Shown in pieces: positions 47,643 to 57,283 of a stretch of DNA of 58,079 nucleotides (the stretch's first letter is position 1; each line of letters opens with the position of its first letter). The translations under genes and the position numbers were made by a program. The stretch lies in sequence record SRR22947725_2610. One strand, given 5' to 3'. The notes under the pieces were generated by a model. It was not told the DNA's origin. It ran no database searches and worked only from the letters and a program-made list of their open reading frames with translations.

Positions 47643-48557
47643 ATGTCTATATACGAAGCAGTATTAAAAAACGCGGAACCATTCTTTGCCTGGGATGTTC
47701 TCTCATGGCTATTTGTTGCAATGATACTTGCAATTGTTATTGTTTTGATTGATCTTGCGCTCTCTAAGCGTGATCAAGAGTCTGCATCAGATGCCATAGT
47801 AGAAAAATCAAAATTTAGCAAAATTGCCTACTTTTTAATTTTTTTGAAGTTCTCAAAATCTGAAAAATATAGCCATAGACCTAAACTGGTTCAGTGGTCA
47901 ATCGAGTTGTTCCCTGTTTTGCTTTTAGTGTTAGTCTTTAGAGGGTTCATATTTGAACCTTTTCGTGTTCCATCAAACTCAATGATGCCGACGCTTTTAA
48001 CGGGTGACTTTATTCTAGTCAATAAATTTGATTATGGCTTCAGGCTCCCTATATCAAACACCAAACTGGTTGAATTCTCAAAACCTAATAGGGGTGATGT
48101 CATTGTATTTAGGTATCCAAATTATGAAAAAAACCCTGGCTATTCAGGGGTTGATTTTATTAAACGAATTGTTGCTGGTCCTGGTGACGTAATTTCATAT
48201 AAAAATGATCAATTGACTATCAATGATAATTCAATGGATATCAAGACAATTGGGCCTTATATCGGTGTCGACTCAGGCAAACCCATGAACAACTACAAAC
48301 TTGTTCAGGAGTTCATAGACTCAATGCCTCATGAAATCCTTTTAAATCCAAAAGGGCACTCAAAGGAGCTTCCTGAAATTACGATCCCTGAGGGACACTA
48401 TTTTGTGATGGGGGATAATCGTGCACACAGCAGTGATTCCAGATTTTGGGGCTTCGTCCCAGAGGATTACATTATAGGGCGTGCAATTGGAATTTGGATG
48501 CACTGGGACTGGAACTTCAACACCATGCAATTTAGTAGAATTGGTGGATTTGACTAA
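47643..48557 (+). CDS. lepB: signal peptidase I
   Basis: PSNSMMPTL, FIKR, MGDNR..S.DSRFWG. Confidence 0.95.
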   Translation: MSIYEAVLKNAEPFFAWDVLSWLFVAMILAIVIVLIDLALSKRDQESASDAIVEKSKFSKIAYFLIFLKFSKSEKYSHRPKLVQWSIELFPVLLLVLVFRGFIFEPFRVPSNSMMPTLLTGDFILVNKFDYGFRLPISNTKLVEFSKPNRGDVIVFRYPNYEKNPGYSGVDFIKRIVAGPGDVISYKNDQLTINDNSMDIKTIGPYIGVDSGKPMNNYKLVQEFIDSMPHEILLNPKGHSKELPEITIPEGHYFVMGDNRAHSSDSRFWGFVPEDYIIGRAIGIWMHWDWNFNTMQFSRIGGFD

Positions 48558-48564
48558 AGATTGA

Positions 48565-48603
48565 AAGTGCTCTCAATTCAATAACTGAGAGCACTTGTAT
48601 TTT
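48565..48603. terminator. terminator hairpin between convergent lepB and ctpA
   Basis: AAGTGCTCTCA / TGAGAGCACTT 11-bp stem. Confidence 0.75.
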
Positions 48604-50017
48604 ATTTATTATAAATCTTCAAAGCTTTAAGAACATTCACAGCTTCATGGACATAGTAGTCTTCAAGCAATAGGTCTATGAACTCCTGATCACGCTCAGC
48701 AGCAATCTTATCCTGTGACTCTAGGATTTCCTCTGATGTTAGCTCAGTCGGATTAACTTCATCTTGCGAATCTGAAGTGTCAACTTCAGTAGAGTCTGAT
48801 GCATCATCAGCACTAGTTTCATCTTCATCCTGCGCTGATAGCGCATTCTTAAGATCTTTTTCCTGTGAACTAAAATCTATTGACTCTTCTTCCTCATCGT
48901 CATCTTTCAATGAAATGTTGTCGAGTGCAATATCTGGAGAAATTCCCTTCGCTTGGATAGACCTTCCTGAAGGTGTGAAATATCTGGCAGTTGTAAGTTT
49001 AAGACCGTAACCATCCTGAAGGCTCATCATGGACTGGACAGACCCTTTACCAAAGGACTCTTCACCCATAATGATGGCGCGTTTGTGATCCTGCAGAGCA
49101 CCAGCAACAATCTCAGAGGCTGATGCAGAGCCCACATTCATGAGAACAACAATTGGGGCACCATTCAAGATGTCACCCGGTTTGGTTGGAAAAGACATAT
49201 TTGAAGTAGGCGTTCTACCTTCCGTGTAAACAACGATTCCTGGCTCGTCAATAAATAAATTAGAAATATCAATTGAAGAATCAAGGAGTCCGCCAGGATT
49301 ATTTCTTAAATCAATAATCAGGGAATCAAGGTCACCTTCATTTTTCCTTACTAAGTTAGCAATAATTTTCTCTACAACCTCAGCTGTTGGTCTTTGAAAC
49401 TGAGCAATTCTAAGGTAACCAATACCATCATCAACAAGTAATCCTTTGGCCGAAGTTATTGTAATAACTTCTCTGGTGATTTCGACTACAAAAGGGGCAA
49501 TTTCAGGCCTGCCAATTGTTAGTTTAATAGTTGTACCAGGGGCACCCCTCATAAGCTTGACACCTTCCTCAAGGTTTATTTGGCTAACATTTTGGTCGCC
49601 GATTTGCAAGATAATATCTCCTGCTTTAAGTCCAGCCCTGTAAGCAGGGGTATCATCAATTGGAGATACAACCTCTATAAATTCACCCTTAGTGCCAATT
49701 ACTATCCCGAGACCTCCAAATTTGCCCATAGTGCTCTCACTGACCTTTGACTGATCAACTGGCTCTAAGAAACTCGAATGAGGATCTAATCCTTCAATGA
49801 GTCCCCTTATAGCATTATTGAAAAGAGTTTCATCATCAATGTCATCAACATACATCTGTTTGATCTGAGAGAAAACCGCAGTAAAAGTATTTAAACCCTC
49901 AAAGAATGATGGGGAATCAAGGGGCGAGTAATTGTCTTCATCTGCAACAGTTAAGGTTGCAAATAAAATAAAAATTGAAAGAGCAAAAGATTTAAAAAAA
50001 GTCTTTAAATTAATCAT
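48602..50017 (-). CDS. ctpA: carboxyl-terminal processing protease (S41, PDZ)
   Basis: LDPHS, GLGI PDZ, DLRNNPGGLL, SASASEIVAGAL, FGKGSVQ. Confidence 0.92.
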   Translation of the reverse strand: MINLKTFFKSFALSIFILFATLTVADEDNYSPLDSPSFFEGLNTFTAVFSQIKQMYVDDIDDETLFNNAIRGLIEGLDPHSSFLEPVDQSKVSESTMGKFGGLGIVIGTKGEFIEVVSPIDDTPAYRAGLKAGDIILQIGDQNVSQINLEEGVKLMRGAPGTTIKLTIGRPEIAPFVVEITREVITITSAKGLLVDDGIGYLRIAQFQRPTAEVVEKIIANLVRKNEGDLDSLIIDLRNNPGGLLDSSIDISNLFIDEPGIVVYTEGRTPTSNMSFPTKPGDILNGAPIVVLMNVGSASASEIVAGALQDHKRAIIMGEESFGKGSVQSMMSLQDGYGLKLTTARYFTPSGRSIQAKGISPDIALDNISLKDDDEEEESIDFSSQEKDLKNALSAQDEDETSADDASDSTEVDTSDSQDEVNPTELTSEEILESQDKIAAERDQEFIDLLLEDYYVHEAVNVLKALKIYNK

Positions 50018-50195
50018 AAGGATGCCTGATAGGTCTCAAAAAAAATTAAATTGTACTAATAAACAAACTATATAGCATGAAGAAATAATATAGTTTTTAT
50101 GAAGAACATTTTAACTTTTAATTTATAAAGTTGCATGCTGAACTAAAATTGTCAGCTTAAATCTAAAAAATGAAAATGGATAAAGGGCAATTCAT

Positions 50196-50654
50196 ATGGA
50201 CAAAATCTTAAAAGACTTTAATTTAATTATTGACATTAAAGTTGACTGGGGAGATATGGATGCACTCCAGCATGTCAATAATATTGAGTATTTCAAGTAT
50301 TTTCAAACGGCTCGAATTGCATACTTTGAAAATATAAACTCTGGTGACTTGTTTGGAGAGTCAAGAATTTCAACGATATTGGGCTCCACACAGTGCAAGT
50401 TTATTTATCCACTGTTTTATCCAGATAGTATTTCAGTAGGTGTTAGAGTCAACTCTATGGCAGATCAGTATTTCACTATGAAATATGAAGTAAAGAGTCA
50501 TAATCACCAAAGGCTTGTAGCAATTGGTGATGCAAAAGTGGTTGCATTTGATTACGTCAATAATGTGAAAGCTTCAATACCTGATGAGGTAAGAAATACA
50601 ATCATCGGCTTTGAAAAAACTAAAGTTCAAATCCTCGGTAAAAGTTCTTCCTGA
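50196..50654 (+). CDS. acyl-CoA thioesterase (4HBT family)
   Basis: WGDMDALQHVNN..Y..YF..AR. Confidence 0.9.
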   Translation: MDKILKDFNLIIDIKVDWGDMDALQHVNNIEYFKYFQTARIAYFENINSGDLFGESRISTILGSTQCKFIYPLFYPDSISVGVRVNSMADQYFTMKYEVKSHNHQRLVAIGDAKVVAFDYVNNVKASIPDEVRNTIIGFEKTKVQILGKSSS

Positions 50655-50670
50655 TGACTCAAAGTTAACG

Positions 50671-51906
50671 ATGGATAATTATATTCTTCCAAAAAAACAA
50701 GCTATTATTGTTTTTTTTGTTTTTGCTTTTGGCTATTTTTTATCGTGCTTGCTAAGAGCTATCACAGCTACACTTTCTCCAGTATTAACAATTGAATTTG
50801 ATTTAATGGCTGCAGATTTGGGGCTGCTTGCTGGAGGGTATTTTTTAGGTTTTGCATCCATGCAAATACCTCTTGGGTATTTGTTAGATAAGTTTGGACC
50901 TAAAAAAATTGTATCTTCATTTACATTAATCGCATTAATTGGAACTGTCTCTTTTGCACTTGCTCAAAGCTTCTCAGGTCTACTAATTTCTAGGATATTA
51001 ATTGGAGTTGGGGTGAGTGCTTGCCTAATGGCGCCATTAACAGGATACAGAATTTGGTTTGCGGAAAACCAACAACAAAGGGCAAACTCATGGATGTTAA
51101 TGATTGCTTCGTTAGGGTTTTTATCTTCAACACTACCTGTTCAACTTTTATTACCTGCGTTTGGCTGGAGATGGATGTTTGGTGGAATTGCATTGTTAAT
51201 ACTAATTAGTATAATTTTGATGTTAATCTTTATTCCAAAGTGGGACCATCAAAAGGATGGGTCTTTAGATGGCTCATTTGCTGAAGTATGGAAAAATAAA
51301 TTCTTTATCAGTGTCATTCCGCTGGGTTTGTTTAATTATGGTGGCTTAATGGCAATCCAAACTTTGTGGGCAGGACCCTGGATGATTAGAGTAGCAGGGT
51401 ATTCTCCACTTGAGAGCGCTACAGGATTATTTTGGATAAATATTACAATGCTGGTTTCATTTTTCTTATGGGGTTATTTTTTACCTAAGATTATAAGTTT
51501 GGGTTTTAGTGCAATAAAAATATTAAAACTGGGCATACCATTAAGTTTTTTGGTAATGTTAACTATTATCCTTTTAGGGCCAAAAGCGGGTGCATTTTAT
51601 ATTACATTATTTATCCTAACTTCAATCTTCTTATCTGTAATACAGCCAGCCGTAGGCTTGACTTTTCAAAGCCACCTAGCAGGCAAGGCGCTTACGTCAT
51701 TTAATTTGTTAATTTTTTTAGGAGCTTTTATAATGCAATGGTTTATAGGACTTGTAATCGACTTAGTTAAAGGTTTGGGCTACAGTGAAATCATAGGATT
51801 TAAAACGTCCTTTTCAGCTTTCTTATTATTAAGTTTGATGTCTTACATTTTCTTTTTAGTTATCAACAAAAAACCACAATCGATTCATCATGGAAAGGCC
51901 ACTTAA
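50671..51906 (+). CDS. MFS transporter
   Basis: GYLLDKFGPK motif A; about 12 hydrophobic segments; ATG 50671 preferred over upstream TTG. Confidence 0.88.
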   Translation: MDNYILPKKQAIIVFFVFAFGYFLSCLLRAITATLSPVLTIEFDLMAADLGLLAGGYFLGFASMQIPLGYLLDKFGPKKIVSSFTLIALIGTVSFALAQSFSGLLISRILIGVGVSACLMAPLTGYRIWFAENQQQRANSWMLMIASLGFLSSTLPVQLLLPAFGWRWMFGGIALLILISIILMLIFIPKWDHQKDGSLDGSFAEVWKNKFFISVIPLGLFNYGGLMAIQTLWAGPWMIRVAGYSPLESATGLFWINITMLVSFFLWGYFLPKIISLGFSAIKILKLGIPLSFLVMLTIILLGPKAGAFYITLFILTSIFLSVIQPAVGLTFQSHLAGKALTSFNLLIFLGAFIMQWFIGLVIDLVKGLGYSEIIGFKTSFSAFLLLSLMSYIFFLVINKKPQSIHHGKAT

Positions 51907-52040
51907 AATTATTGGTATATTAATCTTGACTAGGATCCTAATGAGGGGGCTTTTTTTAATAACATGAAATATATAATGTGTACTGTAGGGATTGAGAGTC
52001 AACAATCTGCTGCTGAACGATCCTCTCACCTAAACAAATT

Positions 52041-52262
52041 ATGATAGATTTTCTGGTTCCTACTCCTCTTACAATAGGATTTTTATTAGTCCCTTTTTGT
52101 GGATTATTTTTTCTAAAACGCACCAAGTATCGTAAGTTAGGTATTGGTTTAATCATAGTGTTTGTAGGTTTTCTAGTTTATACCGTTTTGGGATTTCTTC
52201 TATTGTGGTTATCAGTTTCAGTATTAGGCGCTCATCCTGGGGCTGAATCCCTCATAAATTGA
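52041..52262 (+). CDS. small membrane protein
   Basis: 73 aa, two hydrophobic helices around a basic loop. Confidence 0.55.
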   Translation: MIDFLVPTPLTIGFLLVPFCGLFFLKRTKYRKLGIGLIIVFVGFLVYTVLGFLLLWLSVSVLGAHPGAESLIN

Positions 52263-52264
52263 TT

Positions 52265-53089
52265 ATGAAAAAACTACTCCTTTTTTTATTTATCTCTATA
52301 AGCTTCAATGCTGCTGCTGATGATGATTTAGGAGAGTATATGGATAACGGCTTACCAAAGCATTATGAGTTATTAGATGGCAAAACACCCATTTATATTG
52401 AGTTCACTGATGTCATACAAGGGCGCTACATAGTTGATGTTGAATGGTTTCCAGACTGGGGATTAGTGCCTATGTTTAATGGTCCTGCTAATATCAATTT
52501 CAAGCTGGTTGACAGAGACGTCAAATTCACCATTAAAACCGACTTTTTCAATATTGGGAATAGGATGTTCAGTTTTCCAAAATATAGGATAAACGCCAAT
52601 ACTATAGCTAATAAAGAGGTCATCAAGATAAAGTATAGCGATATAGCCAATGAACCCTTTGCTTTTGGTGATATGAATTTTGATGGCATTAAGGAGTTAG
52701 TCATAGCTAATAGGAAGCAAGGTCAAAGGCATCATGATGCTTATGAGGTCTATTTGATTCAGGAAATAGAAGATACAAGCTACTTTAATATCCTAGATTT
52801 AACCGATACATTACCATATAGCAACATAGATGCAACGACAGAGTTTGATTCAGATAATAAAACAATCCAGCTGTATTATTCTGGTGGCGCTTGTAGCTCC
52901 TCCTATGAGACTTATAAAAGGGTTTTTAGTGACTATCCTTTGAGAGACTATAAGTTCGAATTAATCCATAAAATTGACTATGAGACCTGGGATGAAGATG
53001 GGAATGACATACCTTGCACTAAGTATGTTTATGATGTTGTAGATGGTAAAGAAATTCTAGATGAAGCCAAGTCTGGAACTGTAGATTAA
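52265..53089 (+). CDS. exported acidic protein with DxNFDG loop (XAC2610-like)
   Basis: signal peptide; FGDMNFDGIKEL; GGAC. Confidence 0.6.
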   Translation: MKKLLLFLFISISFNAAADDDLGEYMDNGLPKHYELLDGKTPIYIEFTDVIQGRYIVDVEWFPDWGLVPMFNGPANINFKLVDRDVKFTIKTDFFNIGNRMFSFPKYRINANTIANKEVIKIKYSDIANEPFAFGDMNFDGIKELVIANRKQGQRHHDAYEVYLIQEIEDTSYFNILDLTDTLPYSNIDATTEFDSDNKTIQLYYSGGACSSSYETYKRVFSDYPLRDYKFELIHKIDYETWDEDGNDIPCTKYVYDVVDGKEILDEAKSGTVD

Positions 53090-53120
53090 GTACAAAAGTG
53101 CCTCGAAAATTGTGAAAAAT

Positions 53121-53312
53121 TTACTCATTTCCATCACCAACATTATTGATCTTTATCTCTCCATCATAAACTTCATAATCAAGTTTATTCGGGTTACAAC
53201 ATACCTCACAATCATAAATCTCACTGATGTTCCCAACAAAAGAGGCTCCAACCTCTAACGAAACTTCAAACTGCTCAAAACAAAAAAAACAAGTGATTGC
53301 TTTATATTCCAT
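53121..53312 (-). CDS. CPXCG-type cysteine-rich small protein
   Basis: CFFC...DCEVCCNP spacing. Confidence 0.8.
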   Translation of the reverse strand: MEYKAITCFFCFEQFEVSLEVGASFVGNISEIYDCEVCCNPNKLDYEVYDGEIKINNVGDGNE

Positions 53313-53403
53313 TTTTATTTTTCATCAATAAGTAGATTCTCTGAAAATTTATTGACATAACTAACAAAAGCGCAATAACTACAATTTCAAACCAAAAACT
53401 CAT
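53302..53403 (-). CDS. small single-helix membrane protein (33 aa), not in ORF track
   Basis: perfect AGGAGGT RBS; MSFWFEIVVIALLLVMSINFQRIYLLMKNKNGI; overlaps start of the Cys-rich gene. Confidence 0.65.
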   Translation of the reverse strand: MSFWFEIVVIALLLVMSINFQRIYLLMKNKNGI

Positions 53404-53503
53404 AATACCTCCTATTATCTTTCAAATAAAAAAATGTCCCTAATTTTAATTAACTTATAATTCTGTACACAAAAAAAAATATTGTAACTGTTAGGAGAAT
53501 ATT

Positions 53504-53761
53504 ATGAATGTATGTATCGTTTCAACTTTTGAAGGCACTACTGAAGATTATATGGAAATGTTTAACGCCACAAAAGAAAAGGGGGAAGGCTTTATGGCAG
53601 ATTATCATATTGGTACTATAAGAGAGGGAAAAGTAATGGTAATGATGCAAATATCAGATATGGAAAAAATGCAAGAAATAATGAGTTCTGATGAAATGAA
53701 AGCTTGGGATAAAAAGTTTAATTGTGTTGATGAAGTCTATTCTCTTGAAAGAATGAATTAA
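53504..53761 (+). CDS. small Met-rich hypothetical protein
   Basis: AGGAG RBS; 85 aa. Confidence 0.7.
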   Translation: MNVCIVSTFEGTTEDYMEMFNATKEKGEGFMADYHIGTIREGKVMVMMQISDMEKMQEIMSSDEMKAWDKKFNCVDEVYSLERMN

Positions 53762-53873
53762 AGTACTAGTATAATCCACCCAAATTAAAGGAATAGTTCA
53801 CCCCACGAACTAGGTATTTGTTCCATATTGTGTACCTTAGGATTTCCCTTAAAACACTAAAAAGGAGGAAGGT

Positions 53874-54386
53874 ATGTCATACCAGAACAAATCTGATTCG
53901 GACCATTTAAGTATCATTGTGGGTCCACCAGGACCAGAAAATATAATTAATTCTGTTCATAACTTTGCCGCTCAGCAAGATATCTCACTAGATGATGCCT
54001 GGACAGCTTATGTCAAATCGAAGGCAGATTACTTTATGGAGCCTGATGACTTGGGACTAAGTCACTTCTCTGAAATCTTTACTGACATATTAAAGCAAAA
54101 TGTAACAGTCTCAGAGTATTTCTTAACGCATTATATAAATACGTTTTTAGCCGATGGGCAATTACGGGTTAAAATAAAAGATGATTTTAAAAGAGAGTCA
54201 TATATTGCTCCAGCAATCATATTTCACGCGAAAAACATCTTAGATAGTGAAGGAAGAGCAATCAACATTAAACTGTTTAATGAAATCAATAGAGATATCC
54301 TTCAAAGCCTGATGCTTCTTCTATGGAATGTCAATTGGATTCATACATCAATATCGTATGGATACGAGAAAATTAAAGCTACATAG
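53874..54386 (+). CDS. hypothetical protein
   Basis: AAGGAGG RBS; 170-aa ORF. Confidence 0.65.
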   Translation: MSYQNKSDSDHLSIIVGPPGPENIINSVHNFAAQQDISLDDAWTAYVKSKADYFMEPDDLGLSHFSEIFTDILKQNVTVSEYFLTHYINTFLADGQLRVKIKDDFKRESYIAPAIIFHAKNILDSEGRAINIKLFNEINRDILQSLMLLLWNVNWIHTSISYGYEKIKAT

Positions 54387-54550
54387 CTATTACTAAGAAT
54401 CAAATACTATTTGTAAGTTAAATCTTATTAATTGAGTTCATAAAGTAACAATTAATCCCTATAATTGAACCTGTACAAATACTAAATTTAATGAATAAGA
54501 TATTTTACAAACACTTGGTAACACTGAACTTACGGCGAATCTAAAACTTT

Positions 54551-54627
54551 GCGCTCGTAGCTCAGCTGGATAGAGTGTCGGCCTCCGAAGCCGAATGTCG
54601 GGTGTTCGAATCACCTCGAGCGCACCA
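54551..54627 (+). tRNA. tRNA-Arg(CCG)
   Basis: acceptor GCGCTCG/CGAGCGC-A-CCA, D arm GCTC..GAGT, anticodon arm TCGGC-CTCCGAA-GCCGA, T loop TTCGAAT. Confidence 0.97.
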
Positions 54628-54638
54628 AACTAATCATT

Positions 54639-55067
54639 ATGAAAAAAATATTTCTAGTTATTGCTCTTTGTCTTGGGGCTTTTATCGTTCAAGCTGCCAC
54701 TTCATATGGCACAGTAACAGTATCAAAAGTGATCAGCGTCTATGACGGAGATACTTTTAAAGTAAATATAGACTCTCTGCCCCCTTTAGTAGGCAAAAAC
54801 ATACCTATTCGGCTAAAGGGTGTAGATACTCCTGAAATACAAGGAAAGTGTCAATATGAGAGAGATTTAGCCCTCAAGGCGAGAGATTTCGTCAGAAGTA
54901 AACTCGCGAATGCAAAAGAGATTAGACTGCAGGAGCTTCAAAGAGGCAAGTACTTTAGAATTATTGCTGATGTAATAGTAGATGGAATAAGCCTAGAAAA
55001 AGAACTTCTTGAAAATGAATTAGCTTATAAGTACAGTGGCGGTAAAAAATCAAGCTGGTGTAATTGA
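54639..55067 (+). CDS. exported thermonuclease (SNase family)
   Basis: signal peptide; VYDGDT, IRL.GVDTPE, KYFR. Confidence 0.9.
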   Translation: MKKIFLVIALCLGAFIVQAATSYGTVTVSKVISVYDGDTFKVNIDSLPPLVGKNIPIRLKGVDTPEIQGKCQYERDLALKARDFVRSKLANAKEIRLQELQRGKYFRIIADVIVDGISLEKELLENELAYKYSGGKKSSWCN

Positions 55068-55153
55068 TTTTTAAACTTTGAAAACAGGTTTAAATAATCT
55101 ACATCTAAACAACTCACAATCTTCACCTTCTGTTTGTGCACATTAAATAGAAT

Positions 55154-55942
55154 ATGCGCATGAAAAAAATATCACTATTATTAATCTCTCTTTTCGTCTC
55201 TCTTGGTGCCCATTCTGAGTGGACAAATGTCTTACCAGGAAATAATGCTTCTTTGTATATTGATTTTGAAACGTTAGAGGAAAAGGATGGGTTTATCTAT
55301 TGGTGGTATATGGACACATGGAGCACTGGAAGTGAGAAGACTTATGCACAAGGCGATTGCAACTTAAAGGGATTTAAAGTCAATAAGCGCTCCAGATTTC
55401 CTTTTCCTATGGGTGAAGGAGAAGGGGTTGAGAAAGAAGTAGTGAGCGCCTGGGAATATTACGCACCTAACAGTGGCTTTGATGTTTTATTGAGTTTCAT
55501 TTGTGAAATGTCTAGGCTGTCTTCAGAAGAAAAAGCAGAGCGTATAGAGGTTTTAAATAAAAGAAATGAAGAGTTTGAAAGGCAAAGAAAGGAGGCTCTG
55601 AATATGAAAAATTCCACTCAAGTCAGCAATAGTAATTCTTCCTATGTCAAAGCAATTCTTACAAAAATAAAATCTTCATGGAAGTACGATGAGGCCGATA
55701 CGAATTGGAGTTGTAACGTCCAAATAAACCAAGCAATTAACGGTGCAATAGAGGGTGTCAAAATTTTAGGGTGTGATGTTGGTAGTATTGACGACTCCTC
55801 AGCTGCAAAAAGTAAATCGCAAGCCTTTGGTAACTCTATTAGAAGGGCAGTCTTTAAATCTTCCCCGCTCCCACTTCCCCAAAATCAAGCAGATTTCAAA
55901 AAAAAACTTATTATCAAATTTAGTGCCAACTTGTATAATTAG
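55154..55942 (+). CDS. exported two-domain protein with C-terminal TolA/TonB-C-like domain
   Basis: signal peptide, charged linker, Y..AI..KI..SW...C...C...F.NSIRRAVFKSSPLPLP. Confidence 0.6.
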   Translation: MRMKKISLLLISLFVSLGAHSEWTNVLPGNNASLYIDFETLEEKDGFIYWWYMDTWSTGSEKTYAQGDCNLKGFKVNKRSRFPFPMGEGEGVEKEVVSAWEYYAPNSGFDVLLSFICEMSRLSSEEKAERIEVLNKRNEEFERQRKEALNMKNSTQVSNSNSSYVKAILTKIKSSWKYDEADTNWSCNVQINQAINGAIEGVKILGCDVGSIDDSSAAKSKSQAFGNSIRRAVFKSSPLPLPQNQADFKKKLIIKFSANLYN

Positions 55943-55970
55943 AGTCATTATCTAATGATGCAATGCTCCA

Positions 55971-56348
55971 ATGAAAGCTACTCATGTTGTTGCTGCAATA
56001 ATTAAAAAAAACAACCATTACCTCATAGCTAAAAGAAATCGAGACAAATATATGGGTCTCATGTGGGAGTTCCCTGGTGGTAAGGTTGAGGGGTCTGAAA
56101 CCTTTGAAGAGGCTCTGTCTAGGGAAATTCTTGAAGAGCTCAATGTCTCTATCACTATTCACAACAAAATAGCTGAAGAAAAATATAAAGATGACGAAAT
56201 TGACATTGTCTTGCATTACTTTGTCTGCACTATAAATCAAGGGGAATTGACACTCTCTGAACACGAAGCAATCGAATGGGTCGTAAAAGAAGATTTTGAT
56301 CAATACGACTTTGTTGCAGGAGATGGGAATATTACTTCACAACTATAA
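55971..56348 (+). CDS. Nudix hydrolase, MutT/NudG-like
   Basis: WEFPGGKVEGSETFEEALSREILEEL Nudix box. Confidence 0.9.
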   Translation: MKATHVVAAIIKKNNHYLIAKRNRDKYMGLMWEFPGGKVEGSETFEEALSREILEELNVSITIHNKIAEEKYKDDEIDIVLHYFVCTINQGELTLSEHEAIEWVVKEDFDQYDFVAGDGNITSQL

Positions 56349-56382
56349 TTAAAGTCTTTTAAATACTTTATCATTCTCAATC

Positions 56383-57132
56383 ATGAAACTTTTATCTTAT
56401 AAAAAAATTGGAAAGGGTAAGCCATTAGTATTAGTTCATGGCTATTTAGGTGGTCAGGATATGTGGAAGTTTCAAGAAGAGCTAAAGGATCACTTTGAGC
56501 TAATCATGCCTTCACTCCCTGGTTATGGAGAGAGTGCATTTATGAGAGCACCTTCAACAATCCGTGATAATGCAGTCAAAGTTTTCGAATTATTAGATTT
56601 ATTAGGAGTAGAAACTTTTTACCTATTGGGTCACTCTATGGGCGGAATGATAGTTCAGGAGATGGCCGCATTATTCCCAGAGAGAGTTAAAAAATTGATC
56701 TGCTTTGGAACTGGCTCAATTGGCGTCTTGCCAAATCGATTTGAAACGATCGAGGAATCCAGAAACAAAATCAAAGAAAAGGGAATTAAAGAGACTAGAG
56801 AAAATATCGCAAAGACATGGTTTGTTGATTATTTACTAGGTGATGGCTATCAATTGTGTTTGGATGAAGGTGCTAAGGCCACTTCTCAGGCAGCTTTGGC
56901 AAGCCTTGATGCTTGGGATTCTTGGGATGGGAGAGGGCAGCTAGATAAGATTCAATCACCAACACTGATTCTATGGTCGGACAAGGACCGTTCATATGAC
57001 TGGAATCAGCAAGAAATACTTAAACGTGGCATTCATAACTCTAAACTAGAAATTATCGAGGGTTGCGCTCATAATTCTCATATGGAAAAACCTGAGCTAG
57101 TTAATAAAATTATTAAAGAGTTCCTCTCTTAA
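56383..57132 (+). CDS. alpha/beta hydrolase
   Basis: HG oxyanion loop, GHSMGG nucleophile, D and H of triad near C-terminus. Confidence 0.9.
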   Translation: MKLLSYKKIGKGKPLVLVHGYLGGQDMWKFQEELKDHFELIMPSLPGYGESAFMRAPSTIRDNAVKVFELLDLLGVETFYLLGHSMGGMIVQEMAALFPERVKKLICFGTGSIGVLPNRFETIEESRNKIKEKGIKETRENIAKTWFVDYLLGDGYQLCLDEGAKATSQAALASLDAWDSWDGRGQLDKIQSPTLILWSDKDRSYDWNQQEILKRGIHNSKLEIIEGCAHNSHMEKPELVNKIIKEFLS

Positions 57133-57142
57133 GATCAAGTTA

Positions 57143-57179
57143 GTTTCATTATGAAACATAAGTTTTCATAATATGAAAA
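57143..57179. promoter_or_regulatory. tandem palindromes upstream of binding-protein gene
   Basis: GTTTCAT-T-ATGAAAC 57143-57157 and TTTTCAT-AAT-ATGAAAA 57163-57179. Confidence 0.55.
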
Positions 57180-57283
57180 TATGCATAAAAGATATATATT
57201 AATTGATGTATACTAAATTTTTCAAACAAAAAAAATAATATCAATATCGTTTGAAAAAAATCTAAATATTTGAGGAGAAAATA

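Noticed and set aside
48720-48910. Acidic low-complexity stretch in ctpA as a repeat element
   Set aside because: In-frame D/E/S-rich linker typical of S41 protease C-termini; not a DNA repeat.
51986-52032. TAGG..TGAGAG / CTCTCA.CCTA stem as a glycine or glutamine riboswitch
   Set aside because: Core conserved sequences of those aptamers are missing; short stem could be chance.
54551-55150. Prophage or integrative element at tRNA-Arg
   Set aside because: No integrase, phage genes or repeated tRNA 3' end seen.
55920-56303. 127-aa minus-strand ORF
   Set aside because: Antisense to the clear Nudix gene.
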